From positions 118,792,001 to 118,856,000 of the forward strand of contig NC_043002.1 in the NCBI RefSeq assembly GCF_006345805.1: DNA of 64,000 bases, written 5' to 3'. Position 1 is the stretch's first letter, and the number at the start of each line of letters is the position of its first letter. Positions 63,720-64,000 of the stretch are shown one piece after another. The notes beneath the pieces are model-generated. The model made no database searches, was not told the origin of the DNA, and worked only from the letters and a program-made list of their open reading frames with translations. Source of the stretch: Octopus sinensis. Lineage: Eukaryota. The translations under genes and the position numbers were made by a program.

Positions 63720-64000
63720 TTAAGAAACTACCTTCTTTTCTTTCCTTATCTCATCCTTCACCTCAGAGGGTTTTCTCCTTATTACTTACTAACATATTCT
63801 ATTTTATCAAACCCTCTGGAGGTTGATGAAATAAAGTTAAAAGAAATGTCATTGAGAAGAAATTACTGGGTAAAATACAGTAGACATTTCACACTAATAT
63901 AAGATTTTGGTAAAAGCCATTAATAATCCTGAACATGTTATATCACCAACTGATTTCTAAGTAAAATTTCTTCATCTCTATTTTCTTTAATACCCGAAAC

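Overview
AT-rich, repeat-saturated animal genomic DNA. The SINE set and (TA)n/(TG)n content point to an octopod cephalopod (inference from repeat content, not a database match). No complete, confidently identifiable host gene is present, and almost all ORFs in the supplied track are repeat or microsatellite artefacts. A large share of the window is mobile DNA: about 23 copies of a ~420-bp tRNA-derived SINE with an internal (TA)/(TG) microsatellite (family A), 6 young ~380-bp tRNA-derived SINEs with 11-13 bp TSDs (family B), 6 copies of a third SINE (family C), RTE-clade LINE remnants whose 3' UTR carries variable ~62-bp tandem arrays, CR1-clade LINE 3' ends, mariner remnants, TTAA/CCC piggyBac-type MITEs, non-autonomous Helitrons and the 5' part of a decayed autonomous Helitron. 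The most interesting signals found by reading the sequence are: (1) four sequence-unrelated type I hammerhead ribozyme motifs within 11 kb (13.2-24.1 kb), two with intact cores, in Penelope-like fold-back elements, three of which abut (TA)n tracts; (2) upstream of one of them, a decayed ORF with a tandemly duplicated motif I cannot assign (HDC..YELYxDxHKFCKFKTF) showing synonymous-biased divergence; (3) an intronless, decayed ubiquitin-specific-protease (peptidase C19)-like coding remnant split by a SINE; (4) a non-autonomous Helitron subfamily sharing a ~100-bp module with the tail of a hammerhead element; (5) a CpG-enriched candidate bidirectional promoter at 56.5-57.6 kb next to a 2.4-kb (TA)-rich array, with weak candidate exons of a minus-strand gene. 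Coordinates were counted by hand; repeat boundaries are approximate (about +/-10 bp).
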